64,000 nt of DNA. Origin: Candidatus Anstonellales archaeon (lineage in GTDB: Archaea > Micrarchaeota > Micrarchaeia > Anstonellales > J096). The stretch covers positions 227,836 through 291,835 of the forward strand of contig JAWAFI010000001.1 in assembly GCA_038890615.1 (NCBI GenBank). The letters run 5' to 3'. Positions 8,261 through 16,896 of the stretch are shown in pieces; position 1 is the stretch's first letter; each line of letters opens with the position of its first letter. Under the pieces are notes generated by a model that saw only the letters and a program-made list of their open reading frames with translations, ran no database searches and was not told where the DNA came from. The position numbers and the translations under genes are program-made.

Positions 8261-8563
8261 TCACTTCGCTGTTATTGCAAGAATGGCCTTTACCTGCTCA
8301 TCGCTAAGGTCTGTTTTAGTTAAAGTGGCTATTGTCCTCACTATGTCTTGGTTCTTTGGCTTTATGTTTGCAAGTACAACCGCAAGCTCCCTGTTGCCTA
8401 CGATCTTCTCAAGCTGGCCTGCTGCCTTTTCATCAAGCTCAGCAAACTTTTTTGCGTAATCAAGTGTCTTAGCCTGCTCCCCTTCTAGGGTTTCCTCCCT
8501 TTTTTCCAATAGCTTCAGCACTGTATAAAGGGTTACTGCCTCTTTCTCCTTTACCTGCATCAC
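8261..8563 (-). CDS. rpoF: DNA-directed RNA polymerase subunit F (Rpb4 homologue)
   Basis: About 100 aa. Similar to archaeal RpoF (…LDYAKKFAELDEKAAGQLEKIV…). Sits in the conserved L21e-RpoF-DUF655 cluster. Confidence 0.65.
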   Translation of the reverse strand: MMQVKEKEAVTLYTVLKLLEKREETLEGEQAKTLDYAKKFAELDEKAAGQLEKIVGNRELAVVLANIKPKNQDIVRTIATLTKTDLSDEQVKAILAITAK

Positions 8564-8835
8564 TTCACCTTCTTGAGATTCAAAGGCAACACTATGAGCT
8601 TCTTTGGCATTGAGAAGTCCATTACTTCAACTACATAAGCTTCCCCCCTTCTTTCCACTATTCTCCCTGCCTTTCCGTGGTACCTTGGCGCTGGGTTTGA
8701 GGTTGAGCTGGGGTCAAGCATGACCACCACCCTGTCCCCTACCGAGAACTCCTTTATGACCTTGGCAGGGGTAACCTTCTTTTTCCTCCCTAGGCGCCTC
8801 GTCCTTTTGCTCAGTGTTCCCTTCGATCTCTTCAT
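8560..8835 (-). CDS. rpl21e: 50S ribosomal protein L21e
   Basis: Basic 91-aa protein MKRSKGTLSKRTRRLGRKK...GDRVVV...YHGKAGRI, typical of L21e. Confidence 0.85.
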   Translation of the reverse strand: MKRSKGTLSKRTRRLGRKKKVTPAKVIKEFSVGDRVVVMLDPSSTSNPAPRYHGKAGRIVERRGEAYVVEVMDFSMPKKLIVLPLNLKKVK

Positions 8836-8850
8836 GGTTAGGATTTCTGC

Positions 8851-8882
8851 TATACCTTTTTAAATATTAACTCTTTAAAAAG
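8851..8882. promoter_or_regulatory. Bidirectional promoter candidate (TTTTAAATAT box) between L21e and TBP
   Basis: A-T box about 25 nt from both divergent start codons (8835 and 8886). Confidence 0.3.
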
Positions 8883-8885
8883 AGC

Positions 8886-9443
8886 ATGGCCCAAAAGAAA
8901 GAGATCAAATACACAGTAACCAACATGGTTGCCACTGTTTTTTTAGGAATGGACCTTGACCTTTTTTCGATAGCCCAAAAGATAAAGGAGGTTGAGTATG
9001 AGCCAGAGCAGTTCCCAGGGGCTATCCTTAGGTTCAAGGATCCAAAGGCAACCTTCCTGCTTTTCAAGAATGGAAAATCAGTGTGTGTTGGCTGCAAGAA
9101 CAGGACGCTCATAAAAAGGGCTGTTGAGAAAGCCACTTCACTCCTAAGAAAGCATGCAAGAAAGATACACAGGGTAAAGCCAAAGATAGTGATAACCAAC
9201 ATGGTTGCTTCTGCTGACATAAACCTTAAGGTGGACCTTTACAGGATTGCTTATGAGCTCAAGGAGGTTGAGTACGAGCCAGAGCAGTTCCCAGGGGCTA
9301 TAGTTAAATTCAGGGATCCCAAGGCATCCCTTCTGCTTTTCAAGAACGGAAGGGTTATATGCGCAGGAGCCAAGACAAGGAAAGAGATAGAAGAGACTCT
9401 TGTTAAGGCAAGGGGCTTGCTGCAGAAGTATGAATCAAAGTAA
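8886..9443 (+). CDS. tbp: TATA-box-binding protein
   Basis: Two direct repeats (ITNMVATVFLGMDLDLF... / ITNMVASADINLKVDLY...; EYEPEQFPGAIL/EYEPEQFPGAIV) characteristic of TBP. Confidence 0.9.
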   Translation: MAQKKEIKYTVTNMVATVFLGMDLDLFSIAQKIKEVEYEPEQFPGAILRFKDPKATFLLFKNGKSVCVGCKNRTLIKRAVEKATSLLRKHARKIHRVKPKIVITNMVASADINLKVDLYRIAYELKEVEYEPEQFPGAIVKFRDPKASLLLFKNGRVICAGAKTRKEIEETLVKARGLLQKYESK

Positions 9444-9735
9444 AGTTAAGGAAGAGGTGCTTGAAAGGCTTTCAAAGGTAATTGATGCAGAGGTAGGCAT
9501 AAGCATAGTTGATTTAGGCCTAATTTATGGGATTGAATACAGCGAGAAGCAGAACAAGGTGTTTGTCAAGTTTACCCTTACAACCCCTGCCTGCCCCTTG
9601 GCCAATACTATAATAGAGGACATGAAGCGCGCTTTGGAAGACCTGCCTTATGATGTGGAGCTACACTTGGTTTGGGAGCCGATGTGGAACCCTAGCATGA
9701 TAAGCGAGGAGGGGAAGCGCAGGTTAAGGATATAA
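9430..9735 (+). CDS. DUF59/MIP18-family Fe-S cluster assembly protein (SufT-like)
   Basis: GISIVDLGLIYGIEY...VKFTLTTPACPL signature. The ORF-track start at 9400 is probably an upstream extension; the ATG at 9430 is preferred. Confidence 0.7.
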   Translation: MNQSKVKEEVLERLSKVIDAEVGISIVDLGLIYGIEYSEKQNKVFVKFTLTTPACPLANTIIEDMKRALEDLPYDVELHLVWEPMWNPSMISEEGKRRLRI

Positions 9736-9756
9736 AGGGCATTGCTGAATTGGAAG

Positions 9757-9807
9757 CGATGATGAGCTCGGTTTTCTGACCAGTGATGATAACCTGGAGC
9801 GCTGAAC
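9757..9807 (+). ncRNA. C/D-box sRNA (2'-O-methylation guide)
   Basis: C box ATGATGA 9759-9765, D' CTGA 9776-9779, C' GTGATGA 9783-9789, D CTGA 9802-9805. The D-guide spacer is 12 nt. It lies in the 72-nt convergent intergenic gap. Confidence 0.5.
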
Positions 9808-11601
9808 TTAATGCCCTTCAAAGAACTTTCTTATCTCATAATCAGGGGCATCTGAAAGTATGAACCTCTGGTCCTTTGGAAGGAGCTTGAGGTAATTTTT
9901 CCACATAAGGCGCTCTTCCATGAAAACAGCAACAGCCCTGTCGCTCTCCTTCCTTATGGCCCTTCCTGCTGCCTGCAATGACTTTATAACCGCAGGATAG
10001 AGATAGGCGTAGTCCCAGCCCTTCCCAAATTTCTTGTTGTAGTATTCTATCATCAGCTCAACTTCCAGCGACATCTTGCTGAGCGGAAGCCCTACAATCA
10101 CAGCAACCTTTATTTCTCCGTTGCTGAAATCAACCCCTTCGCTCAATGAACCACCTTGCACGCAGCAAAGAACGCTCTTCTCTTCCTTGAAGCGCTTTAT
10201 AAGCTGCTTTACCTCCTCTGCGCCCATTGCCCTTTTCTGGACTATTGCGTTCGGGATTAAAGCATGCTTGAGCACACCTTCCATAACTTCGTATGAAGGG
10301 AAGAAAAGGGCTATGTTGCTCCCTATCGCCCTATGTATCTTCTCTATTAGGGAGGCATATTTTTTGTATTCGCTGTCGTTCCTCCTGCTGTATTTGGTTG
10401 TCACGCCGCGCACAACTACATTCAGACGGTTCTCTGCCTTGAAAGGCGAATTATATGCCCTCAGCATTGCCCTATGCTTTTCAATGCCCAGTACCTCTGC
10501 ATGCATATCCAGAGGCAGGAAGGTGCCGCTCATCAAAACAGCAGCATGCGCCTTGTTCAGTATGGCTGTACTTATGGAAGGGTCAAGAAGCTTCCTGCTC
10601 AAGCTGAATCCCTTCTCTCTCCTTTTGAGAATAGTAGCAAACCTATTGTCCCCTTCGTTGAAATTTTCGAAAAATGCAAACATGCGCAAGGAGGCGCTGT
10701 TGCCCCCACTTTTTTCTACTGACATCTGGCCTATGTGCTCAAGAAGGCCAAGGGCATCCTCATCAATAACAAAAGGGAATTCAGCAACGCTCTCGTTTCC
10801 CTTGCAGGTCTTTTCTGCCCAGCTGTCAAAACCCTCCTGGGAAAGCACAGGGTCAAAGCCGAGCATCTCTGCTTCCTTCTCGTGCCTTGCTATTGTGAAA
10901 GAGGTTATCGTGCGGGATAGCGTGCTCCTTATCCTTTCTGCTAGGTTGTGTGCCTCATCAACTATTATTATTCCTGACTCAATGTCCTTTCCGCTCCTGC
11001 CTAGGAAGGATTCCCTTATGCCTGGAAGGAAAATGTGGAAGTAATCAGCTATTATCACATCAGCATCTCGCGCAGCTGACATGAGCCACTCATAAGAGCA
11101 GGTGCGCTCTTTTTTTGCTTCCTCAAACGCCTCTGGCTGGCTCCACACAACCTTTATATGTCTGGAAAGCAATTCATAAGCAAGCCTCTGTTCCTCGCTG
11201 GTGTAGCCCCTTGCCCTCCTGAAGTAATCGCATGTCTCCTCTTTTACCCTCAGCTTGCATATTGGGTAGAAGTCATCATGCTCAAGCTTAGATATGAATG
11301 GGTCTGTGCAGCAGTGCCTCTTGCCTATTATGTCCACTGCCTTTATCCTCTTTCCGTATTTCTTGTTTATGCCGTCAACAACAGAAAGGGCTATTGCATG
11401 CTGTGATATTTTAGGGGTAAGGAAGAACAGCGTTTTGCCATTTTCGTAAGCGTATTCTATTGCGCCTCCTATTGAGGCATCTGTTTTCCCCATGCCTGTT
11501 GGGGCATGGGCAAGCAGTATTTTGCCATTTACTGCTGCATGTTCAACATCGCGAAGCAGCGAATCCTGGTGCTTCCTTATGTGCTCGTGCCTGAAAAGCA
11601 T
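9808..11601 (-). CDS. xpd: ATP-dependent DNA helicase XPD/Rad3 family (Fe-S helicase)
   Basis: Walker A HAPTGMGKT, DEAH box IIVDEAHNL, and a four-Cys Fe-S domain (CCTDPF...CKL...CDYF) between motifs I and II. Confidence 0.85.
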   Translation of the reverse strand: MLFRHEHIRKHQDSLLRDVEHAAVNGKILLAHAPTGMGKTDASIGGAIEYAYENGKTLFFLTPKISQHAIALSVVDGINKKYGKRIKAVDIIGKRHCCTDPFISKLEHDDFYPICKLRVKEETCDYFRRARGYTSEEQRLAYELLSRHIKVVWSQPEAFEEAKKERTCSYEWLMSAARDADVIIADYFHIFLPGIRESFLGRSGKDIESGIIIVDEAHNLAERIRSTLSRTITSFTIARHEKEAEMLGFDPVLSQEGFDSWAEKTCKGNESVAEFPFVIDEDALGLLEHIGQMSVEKSGGNSASLRMFAFFENFNEGDNRFATILKRREKGFSLSRKLLDPSISTAILNKAHAAVLMSGTFLPLDMHAEVLGIEKHRAMLRAYNSPFKAENRLNVVVRGVTTKYSRRNDSEYKKYASLIEKIHRAIGSNIALFFPSYEVMEGVLKHALIPNAIVQKRAMGAEEVKQLIKRFKEEKSVLCCVQGGSLSEGVDFSNGEIKVAVIVGLPLSKMSLEVELMIEYYNKKFGKGWDYAYLYPAVIKSLQAAGRAIRKESDRAVAVFMEERLMWKNYLKLLPKDQRFILSDAPDYEIRKFFEGH

Positions 11602-11652
11602 TGGATATAAGCGGTGTACCAGCTTTTAAACCGTTGGGGGGCTAAAGCGCCG

Positions 11653-12171
11653 CTACTTGCTCAGCACCTTACCTAAGAGGTGGCCCAACAAGGTGAGAAT
11701 AGGGCCTAGGATTATGCCAACTATTGCAACAAGAAGGGCCATTGCAGTGCCAAACCCTACTCCAATCATAGCCCCAATCCCTCCTACCAGCATGCCTACT
11801 GCCTTGTCATCAGATCCAAGGGTTGTTGATACCCCTCCCAATGCTGCGCCTATTATTGTAAGCAAGAATGTGCCTAAAAAGTGGAGTATTTCATATGGAA
11901 TGCTTACAATAAAGCCTGCAATAAGGCTGTCTGTCCATGCAAAGCCAAGGTTGGTCTTTGCGTTGTAGCCCATCCATATGTATACTGCTATTGTGATGAG
12001 CGCCATGATTCCGAGCCAAAGGAGGCTAAGGATCCCTCCAGCCACATTGATGACAGGTATTGCGCCCACAAAAGCGCCAATGATGCCAAGGACAAAGTTC
12101 ACTATCAGAAGCACTACAAGAATCCCAAAAGGGAGCTTTATTGCATCCCCATATTTTCCAAACATAAGCAC
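11653..12171 (-). CDS. Small polytopic membrane protein (paralogue A)
   Basis: Hydrophobic, with a shared YIWMGYNAKTNLGFAW motif. Confidence 0.4.
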   Translation of the reverse strand: MLMFGKYGDAIKLPFGILVVLLIVNFVLGIIGAFVGAIPVINVAGGILSLLWLGIMALITIAVYIWMGYNAKTNLGFAWTDSLIAGFIVSIPYEILHFLGTFLLTIIGAALGGVSTTLGSDDKAVGMLVGGIGAMIGVGFGTAMALLVAIVGIILGPILTLLGHLLGKVLSK

Positions 12172-12253
12172 ACCGCTTTTTTAAGGAAAGCATTGGCTTT
12201 AAAACATGATGGTTAAGGATAGGAGGGAAGAAGGTTAAGTTAAGAGGTTAAGC

Positions 12254-12703
12254 TCAGAAGAACCTTGCAAGGAAGTGGCCTATTAGGGCTAATATTGCCC
12301 CCATTATTGCGCCAATCACAAGTGCTATGATGCTCGCTACTAGGACCATTGCAATCCCTGCAAGGGCCACTCCTACATTGCCTCCAACAACGCCCTGCAC
12401 GACTAGGGTAATTATTGCAAGCACTAAGCCAACGACCCCAACAAGAACCCCTGTTATGGCGCCTGCAATTCCTGTGTCCATCCAGGCAAAGCCGTGCTCC
12501 TTCTTTGCGTTTCTGCCCATCCAGATGTAGACGACTATGTTGATGATGGAGATAAGAAGACTTACGATTCCTGTTATTGCTGCAATCGCTTCTCCAAGGA
12601 AAATACCTAGAAGGCCCAAAAGAAAGCTGAGAAGGGCCAGCCCCACTAGGTACATAAGAGGGGTCTTCATTACAGGCATGTACTTGTCAAACATATTGAC
12701 CAC
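12254..12703 (-). CDS. Small polytopic membrane protein (paralogue B)
   Basis: Same architecture and shared YIWMGRNAKKEHGFAW motif. Confidence 0.4.
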   Translation of the reverse strand: MVNMFDKYMPVMKTPLMYLVGLALLSFLLGLLGIFLGEAIAAITGIVSLLISIINIVVYIWMGRNAKKEHGFAWMDTGIAGAITGVLVGVVGLVLAIITLVVQGVVGGNVGVALAGIAMVLVASIIALVIGAIMGAILALIGHFLARFF

Positions 12704-12762
12704 ACGTTAAACCATGATGGCAGGGTTTAAAATCCTTGCGGTAATATGCTCAAAAGCAGAGC

Positions 12763-13287
12763 TCATACCTCTTTCTCTTTTACCCCGGCCTTGCTGTTTT
12801 CCTCTATTGCTAAGTAATACAAGTAATCCGAAAGCCTGTTCATGTATTGGAGTACAACAGCTTTCCCAGTAACTTCAAGCTCCTTAAGAGCTGAAACAAT
12901 GCGCCTTTCTGCCCTCCTGCTCACTGCCCTTGCTATGTGGAGAAGAGCCCCCTGCTTTGTGCCCCCTGGCACAATGAAGCTCGTTATCCTGTGCTTTGAG
13001 GAAAGCTCCTTTGCCCTCTGCTCAAGCCACTCTGGGTCTAAGGAGGGCTCCTTAACTGCTTCTGCTGTTGGGACTGTTGCGAGGTAGGTGCCCAGCGAAA
13101 AAAGCTCCTGTTGGACTTTTTCCACTTCATCCTTTTCAGCGCCCTTCATGTATGCTGCTGCAAGCCCTAAGATTGAGTTTAGCTCATCCAGAGCCCCTAT
13201 AGCATCCATAATAGGATCGTCCTTCCAAACCTCCTTGTTGCCTATTACTTGGGTCTTGCCCTTGTCCCCTTTTTTTGTCAAGCCCAT
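12763..13287 (-). CDS. ATP:cob(I)alamin adenosyltransferase, PduO type
   Basis: TKKGDKGKT N-terminal motif, DDPIMDAIGALDELNS, and an overall Cob_adeno_trans pattern. Confidence 0.75.
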   Translation of the reverse strand: MGLTKKGDKGKTQVIGNKEVWKDDPIMDAIGALDELNSILGLAAAYMKGAEKDEVEKVQQELFSLGTYLATVPTAEAVKEPSLDPEWLEQRAKELSSKHRITSFIVPGGTKQGALLHIARAVSRRAERRIVSALKELEVTGKAVVLQYMNRLSDYLYYLAIEENSKAGVKEKEV

Positions 13288-13293
13288 AGCGAT

Positions 13294-13554
13294 CTAGCCA
13301 CTTTGCCACCTTTTCAGTGTCTTGAGCTTCTCTTCAACAACCTCCTTTGCCTCCTTTTTGCCAACCCCCATCTCTTTGACAAGGTGATTGGCAACCTTTT
13401 CCACCATCTCTTCAAACTCAAGCGCCTCTGTGAATTCGCCATCCATGTAGCAGCGCTTGCAGTAGTCAGGGCTGAAAGTGCCGTCTTTTTCAGTGCCATT
13501 GTCCCCTTGCACCATAGGCATCCCGCAGCTCTGGCAAACTCCTCCACCGATCAT
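13294..13554 (-). CDS. Zinc-ribbon domain protein
   Basis: CQSCGMP...CKRC pairs in an 86-aa protein. Confidence 0.4.
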   Translation of the reverse strand: MIGGGVCQSCGMPMVQGDNGTEKDGTFSPDYCKRCYMDGEFTEALEFEEMVEKVANHLVKEMGVGKKEAKEVVEEKLKTLKRWQSG

Positions 13555-13608
13555 CCGCCCACCAAAATTAGAACCAAAAGGCCCTTTTTAAGTGTTTGCC
13601 TTGGCTGC

Positions 13609-15447
13609 TCATTTCCTCAAAGAAGCACCTGCAAGCAGGGTGAAGAAAGCACCATAAGCAGCAAGCGCCAGCAATGGGCTTGGCTGGAAGGAGGCATAAA
13701 GGATGGCTGATTGCATGCTTATCACTGCCTGCGAAAGAGGCATTGCCATCCCTATGAAAGAGATTATAGAAGGCATGAATTCAAAAGGAAAGAGGAGACC
13801 GCTCAGGAATAACAGGGGAAGGCCAACTACCAAAGAGGCAAGGAATGCAGTAGATTCAGAATCAGAATGGATGGCTATGAGCACGCCCAATGCGCAGAAT
13901 GTGAAAACTAGCAGAGCCATTGTCTGGGCCACCATTGACCAAGCTCCAATGTCAAGCAGTGGGAATGCTCCATAGGCAATGGAAGCAACAAGGGAAAGCA
14001 GGAGCGCTTCAGGGATAAGCACAATTGTGTAGCTTAGCGCTTTTGTTGCAGCGAATTCGAAGGGGTTTACCTGCGCTGCATAGATGCGCATAAGTGTCCC
14101 AATTTGCTTCTCGCGCACTAATGCAATTGAGGAAAGGAAGAGCGCAACAAACATCATTATCAGCGGAAGCAAAGATGGAAGCATGAACCCAAAGAACTGG
14201 CGCTCCCCGAAAATGTAGCTAGTGGATATGAGCATTGGGGAAATGACGAATGAAGGCGAGCGGGAGGTTATCTCTGCAATCTGCGCCCTGCTTGAGGTTA
14301 TTATGTTTTCTAGGTAGTAAGTTTTCTCTTCAATCTCATTAAGCGAAGAATTCACTTCAGCGATTGTCTCCAATGCAGAGATGCGGTTCTGCTCAAGCTC
14401 ATCAACAAAGTTGAGCATGCTTGCAACCTTCAGCTCAGCGTCGTATGTGCTGTTGCGTGCAGAGTATATGCGTGCCTTGAACACCTGTATTGTCTCATTT
14501 GCCTCTGCAAGGTTTTGCTTGGCTGCGCGCACTCTCTCCAGCCGAGTTTCAACAGCAAGCTTCGAGTCGTTTACTTTTGATTCAAGAGAAGAGAGAGAAA
14601 GGCAGTAGGCATAGTAGAGCGGGTCGCTGCAGTTTATGCCTGCATGCATAAGGGAGATTGTCAAGCTAGCTCCTGATAAGGTTTCGTTTATCTGGGCAAG
14701 GTCTGCCTCTGTCTGCTCAAGCTCTACAGCATAATCAGCAAAATCAGATTCTATTTCAGTAAGGTTGCCTTCTGCTTCATCAAGGACCTGTTGGGTTTCA
14801 TATATGGAGGAGTTTGCAATGTATATCTCTTCTCTTACCCCGCTTATGTTCAGAGAGCTAAGCGAATTAGCAGTTGCAGCAAGCCTTGCCCTCATGCTGC
14901 GCACCCTTTGCCTTGTTTCATTTATCCCAGAGCTTAGCCCCTCAAGCTTGGCGCTTGCATCATCAAGCTTTGCCCAAACAGAAAGTATGAAGCCTTCGCC
15001 TATGTGCTGGTCTGTCTCCTGCACTGCTGCTTTTATGAAGGCCTCCACAGTAGGGGAAACTTGGAAGCGCGAGTTGTCAACTATAAGGGCTATTTTTTGG
15101 GTTTTCCCTTCCATAATCCCCTGCTCAAAGCCATTGGGTATTACAATGCCTGCAGCAAGCTTTCCATCCTTTATGTCCTTTTCCAGCAGGTAAGCGCATG
15201 AAGAGTTGCCTATGTATTCAACTGCCTCGCTTGAGTCCTTTATGCCGCTTATGAAGAGCTGGGAGGCATTGCTGTTGTCAAGGTCGCATATGCCTATGGC
15301 GCTCCTTCCAACCTGCGCAAGGCTCCCGCTGAAAACTGCCCCAAGGATAAAAAGTATTAAGAGAGGGGCAACTGCCATAAGCATCAGTGTCTTTGCCTCG
15401 CGCATGAACTGCTTTGAGTCCTTTTCTATCTCACTTATTATGTTCAA
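13609..15447 (-). CDS. ABC-2 type transporter permease with a large extracytoplasmic domain (YhgE/Pip-like)
   Basis: N-terminal TM, a long coiled-coil-like central domain, and a C-terminal cluster of about 5 TM. Overlaps the adjacent ABC ATPase gene. Confidence 0.6.
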   Translation of the reverse strand: MNIISEIEKDSKQFMREAKTLMLMAVAPLLILFILGAVFSGSLAQVGRSAIGICDLDNSNASQLFISGIKDSSEAVEYIGNSSCAYLLEKDIKDGKLAAGIVIPNGFEQGIMEGKTQKIALIVDNSRFQVSPTVEAFIKAAVQETDQHIGEGFILSVWAKLDDASAKLEGLSSGINETRQRVRSMRARLAATANSLSSLNISGVREEIYIANSSIYETQQVLDEAEGNLTEIESDFADYAVELEQTEADLAQINETLSGASLTISLMHAGINCSDPLYYAYCLSLSSLESKVNDSKLAVETRLERVRAAKQNLAEANETIQVFKARIYSARNSTYDAELKVASMLNFVDELEQNRISALETIAEVNSSLNEIEEKTYYLENIITSSRAQIAEITSRSPSFVISPMLISTSYIFGERQFFGFMLPSLLPLIMMFVALFLSSIALVREKQIGTLMRIYAAQVNPFEFAATKALSYTIVLIPEALLLSLVASIAYGAFPLLDIGAWSMVAQTMALLVFTFCALGVLIAIHSDSESTAFLASLVVGLPLLFLSGLLFPFEFMPSIISFIGMAMPLSQAVISMQSAILYASFQPSPLLALAAYGAFFTLLAGASLRK

Positions 15448-16387
15448 CTGCGCTCGCCTCCCTTAGCTTTGAGCCAGTTAGCTTTAGGAAAACATCCTCA
15501 AGCGATGGCTTGGATATGGAAAGCTCTACGATCGTTTCCCCATTTTCCTTAAGGGCCTTTGAGATTTCAGCCATATGAAGGCCTATCTCCTTCCCTTCTA
15601 TGACCATGCCGTGCTCGGTTGCAGTTACGCTTTCAACCCCTTTTATGCCTTTTATGAGCTTAATGAGCTCCTTCGGAGATCCAGGCACTGATTTTAGCTT
15701 GGCTATCTCCCTTCCAACCATCTTCTTGAGCTCATCTAATGTCCCCTCAGCTACAAGCTTGCCTGAATTCACAAAAGCAATCCTATTGCAGAGCGCCTCT
15801 GCTTCTTCCATGTAATGGGTTGTAAGTATTAGGGTGGCTTTGGCATCAGCAACCACCTTTTTCATTGTCTCCCACATGCTTATCCTTGTGGCAGGGTCAA
15901 GCCCTGTTGTAGGCTCGTCAAGGATTATTACCTTTGGGCTATGCATCAATGCGCATGCCAAGCTAAGGCGCCTTTTCATTCCTCCGCTAAGGAACTGCGA
16001 AGTGGTGTCTTTCTTTTCGCTCAGCCCAAGGCTTTCAAGGAGGAAAGCAGCGCGCTCCCTTGCCTCCTTGCCCTCTATTCCGTAGAGTGAGCCAAAGTAG
16101 AGGAGGTTCTCCATGCAGGAAAGAAGGGGGTAAATAGCATTCTCCTGAGGAGCAATCCCTATCTGCCTCCTTAACTCAGGGCATGCCTCCCTGCCGAAGA
16201 TTTTTAGAGTTCCTAAGTCCTGCCTTTCCAAGCCAGCCACTATCCTTATGAAGGTGCTCTTGCCTGCCCCGTTTGGCCCAAGGAGGCCGAAAACCTCCCC
16301 TCTTCTCACCTTCAAGGAAAACCTGGAAAGCGCAACCTTGTTCTTGTATGTCCTTGAAAGGCCTTCAGCCTCAATGGCGTATTCCAC
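15431..16387 (-). CDS. ABC transporter ATP-binding protein
   Basis: Walker A GLLGPNGAGKST, signature LSGGMKRRLSLA, Walker B ILDEPTTGLD. Confidence 0.85.
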   Translation of the reverse strand: MEYAIEAEGLSRTYKNKVALSRFSLKVRRGEVFGLLGPNGAGKSTFIRIVAGLERQDLGTLKIFGREACPELRRQIGIAPQENAIYPLLSCMENLLYFGSLYGIEGKEARERAAFLLESLGLSEKKDTTSQFLSGGMKRRLSLACALMHSPKVIILDEPTTGLDPATRISMWETMKKVVADAKATLILTTHYMEEAEALCNRIAFVNSGKLVAEGTLDELKKMVGREIAKLKSVPGSPKELIKLIKGIKGVESVTATEHGMVIEGKEIGLHMAEISKALKENGETIVELSISKPSLEDVFLKLTGSKLREASAVEHNK

Positions 16388-16410
16388 AGGTTAGAAACTC
16401 GCCTGCATTT

Positions 16411-16869
16411 TTAAATCCTTTTGTAAATGGGCCTAACCTTCTCCCATTTTTCAACAGGGCCATTGCGCACAATGAAAATAGGGTGTGGCTCTATTTTATT
16501 TACTCTGCTTAGCTCTGCGAGCTTCCTTTTGTCCCTTCTGGCAAGCTTTGCTTTCAGGTGGGCAAACTCATACTCAATCTGCCCCCTGCTTACTGCTATT
16601 CTTCCTTTGGATTTTCTCCCTATCTTGCGCCCATCGAATGAGTAGCCCCTGCCCATTGCCTCCTTGTGTATGAAGTGCAGGTAAAGGTTGAGCATGCCAA
16701 CAGGGTCTTTTTTTGAGATGAACCTTAAGGGCTGGGGGTGGTTGGCGTAGCCCTTGCTCTTTCCCTCAAGCACTGCCTTTGCCAAAAGTGCCTCTCTCCA
16801 AAGGGCAGTGAGCCCTTTTGCATCAAGGTACTTTGGGTGTATGCTCCAAAGCCGCATAAGATATAGCAA
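16411..16869 (-). CDS. T4 endonuclease V (DenV)-like pyrimidine-dimer DNA glycosylase family protein (tentative)
   Basis: The N-terminus MRLWSIHPKYLDAKGLTALWREALLA aligns with T4 endoV [23 protein letters not shown]. Confidence 0.45.
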   Translation of the reverse strand: MLYLMRLWSIHPKYLDAKGLTALWREALLAKAVLEGKSKGYANHPQPLRFISKKDPVGMLNLYLHFIHKEAMGRGYSFDGRKIGRKSKGRIAVSRGQIEYEFAHLKAKLARRDKRKLAELSRVNKIEPHPIFIVRNGPVEKWEKVRPIYKRI

Positions 16870-16896
16870 CTAATTTTAACCTTACTATTTTTCTAT

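Noticed and set aside
10076-11044. Long antisense ORFs inside the XPD gene (and similar ones inside PolD at 21154..22360 and elsewhere)
   Set aside because: They are antisense to strongly supported genes, with no motifs.
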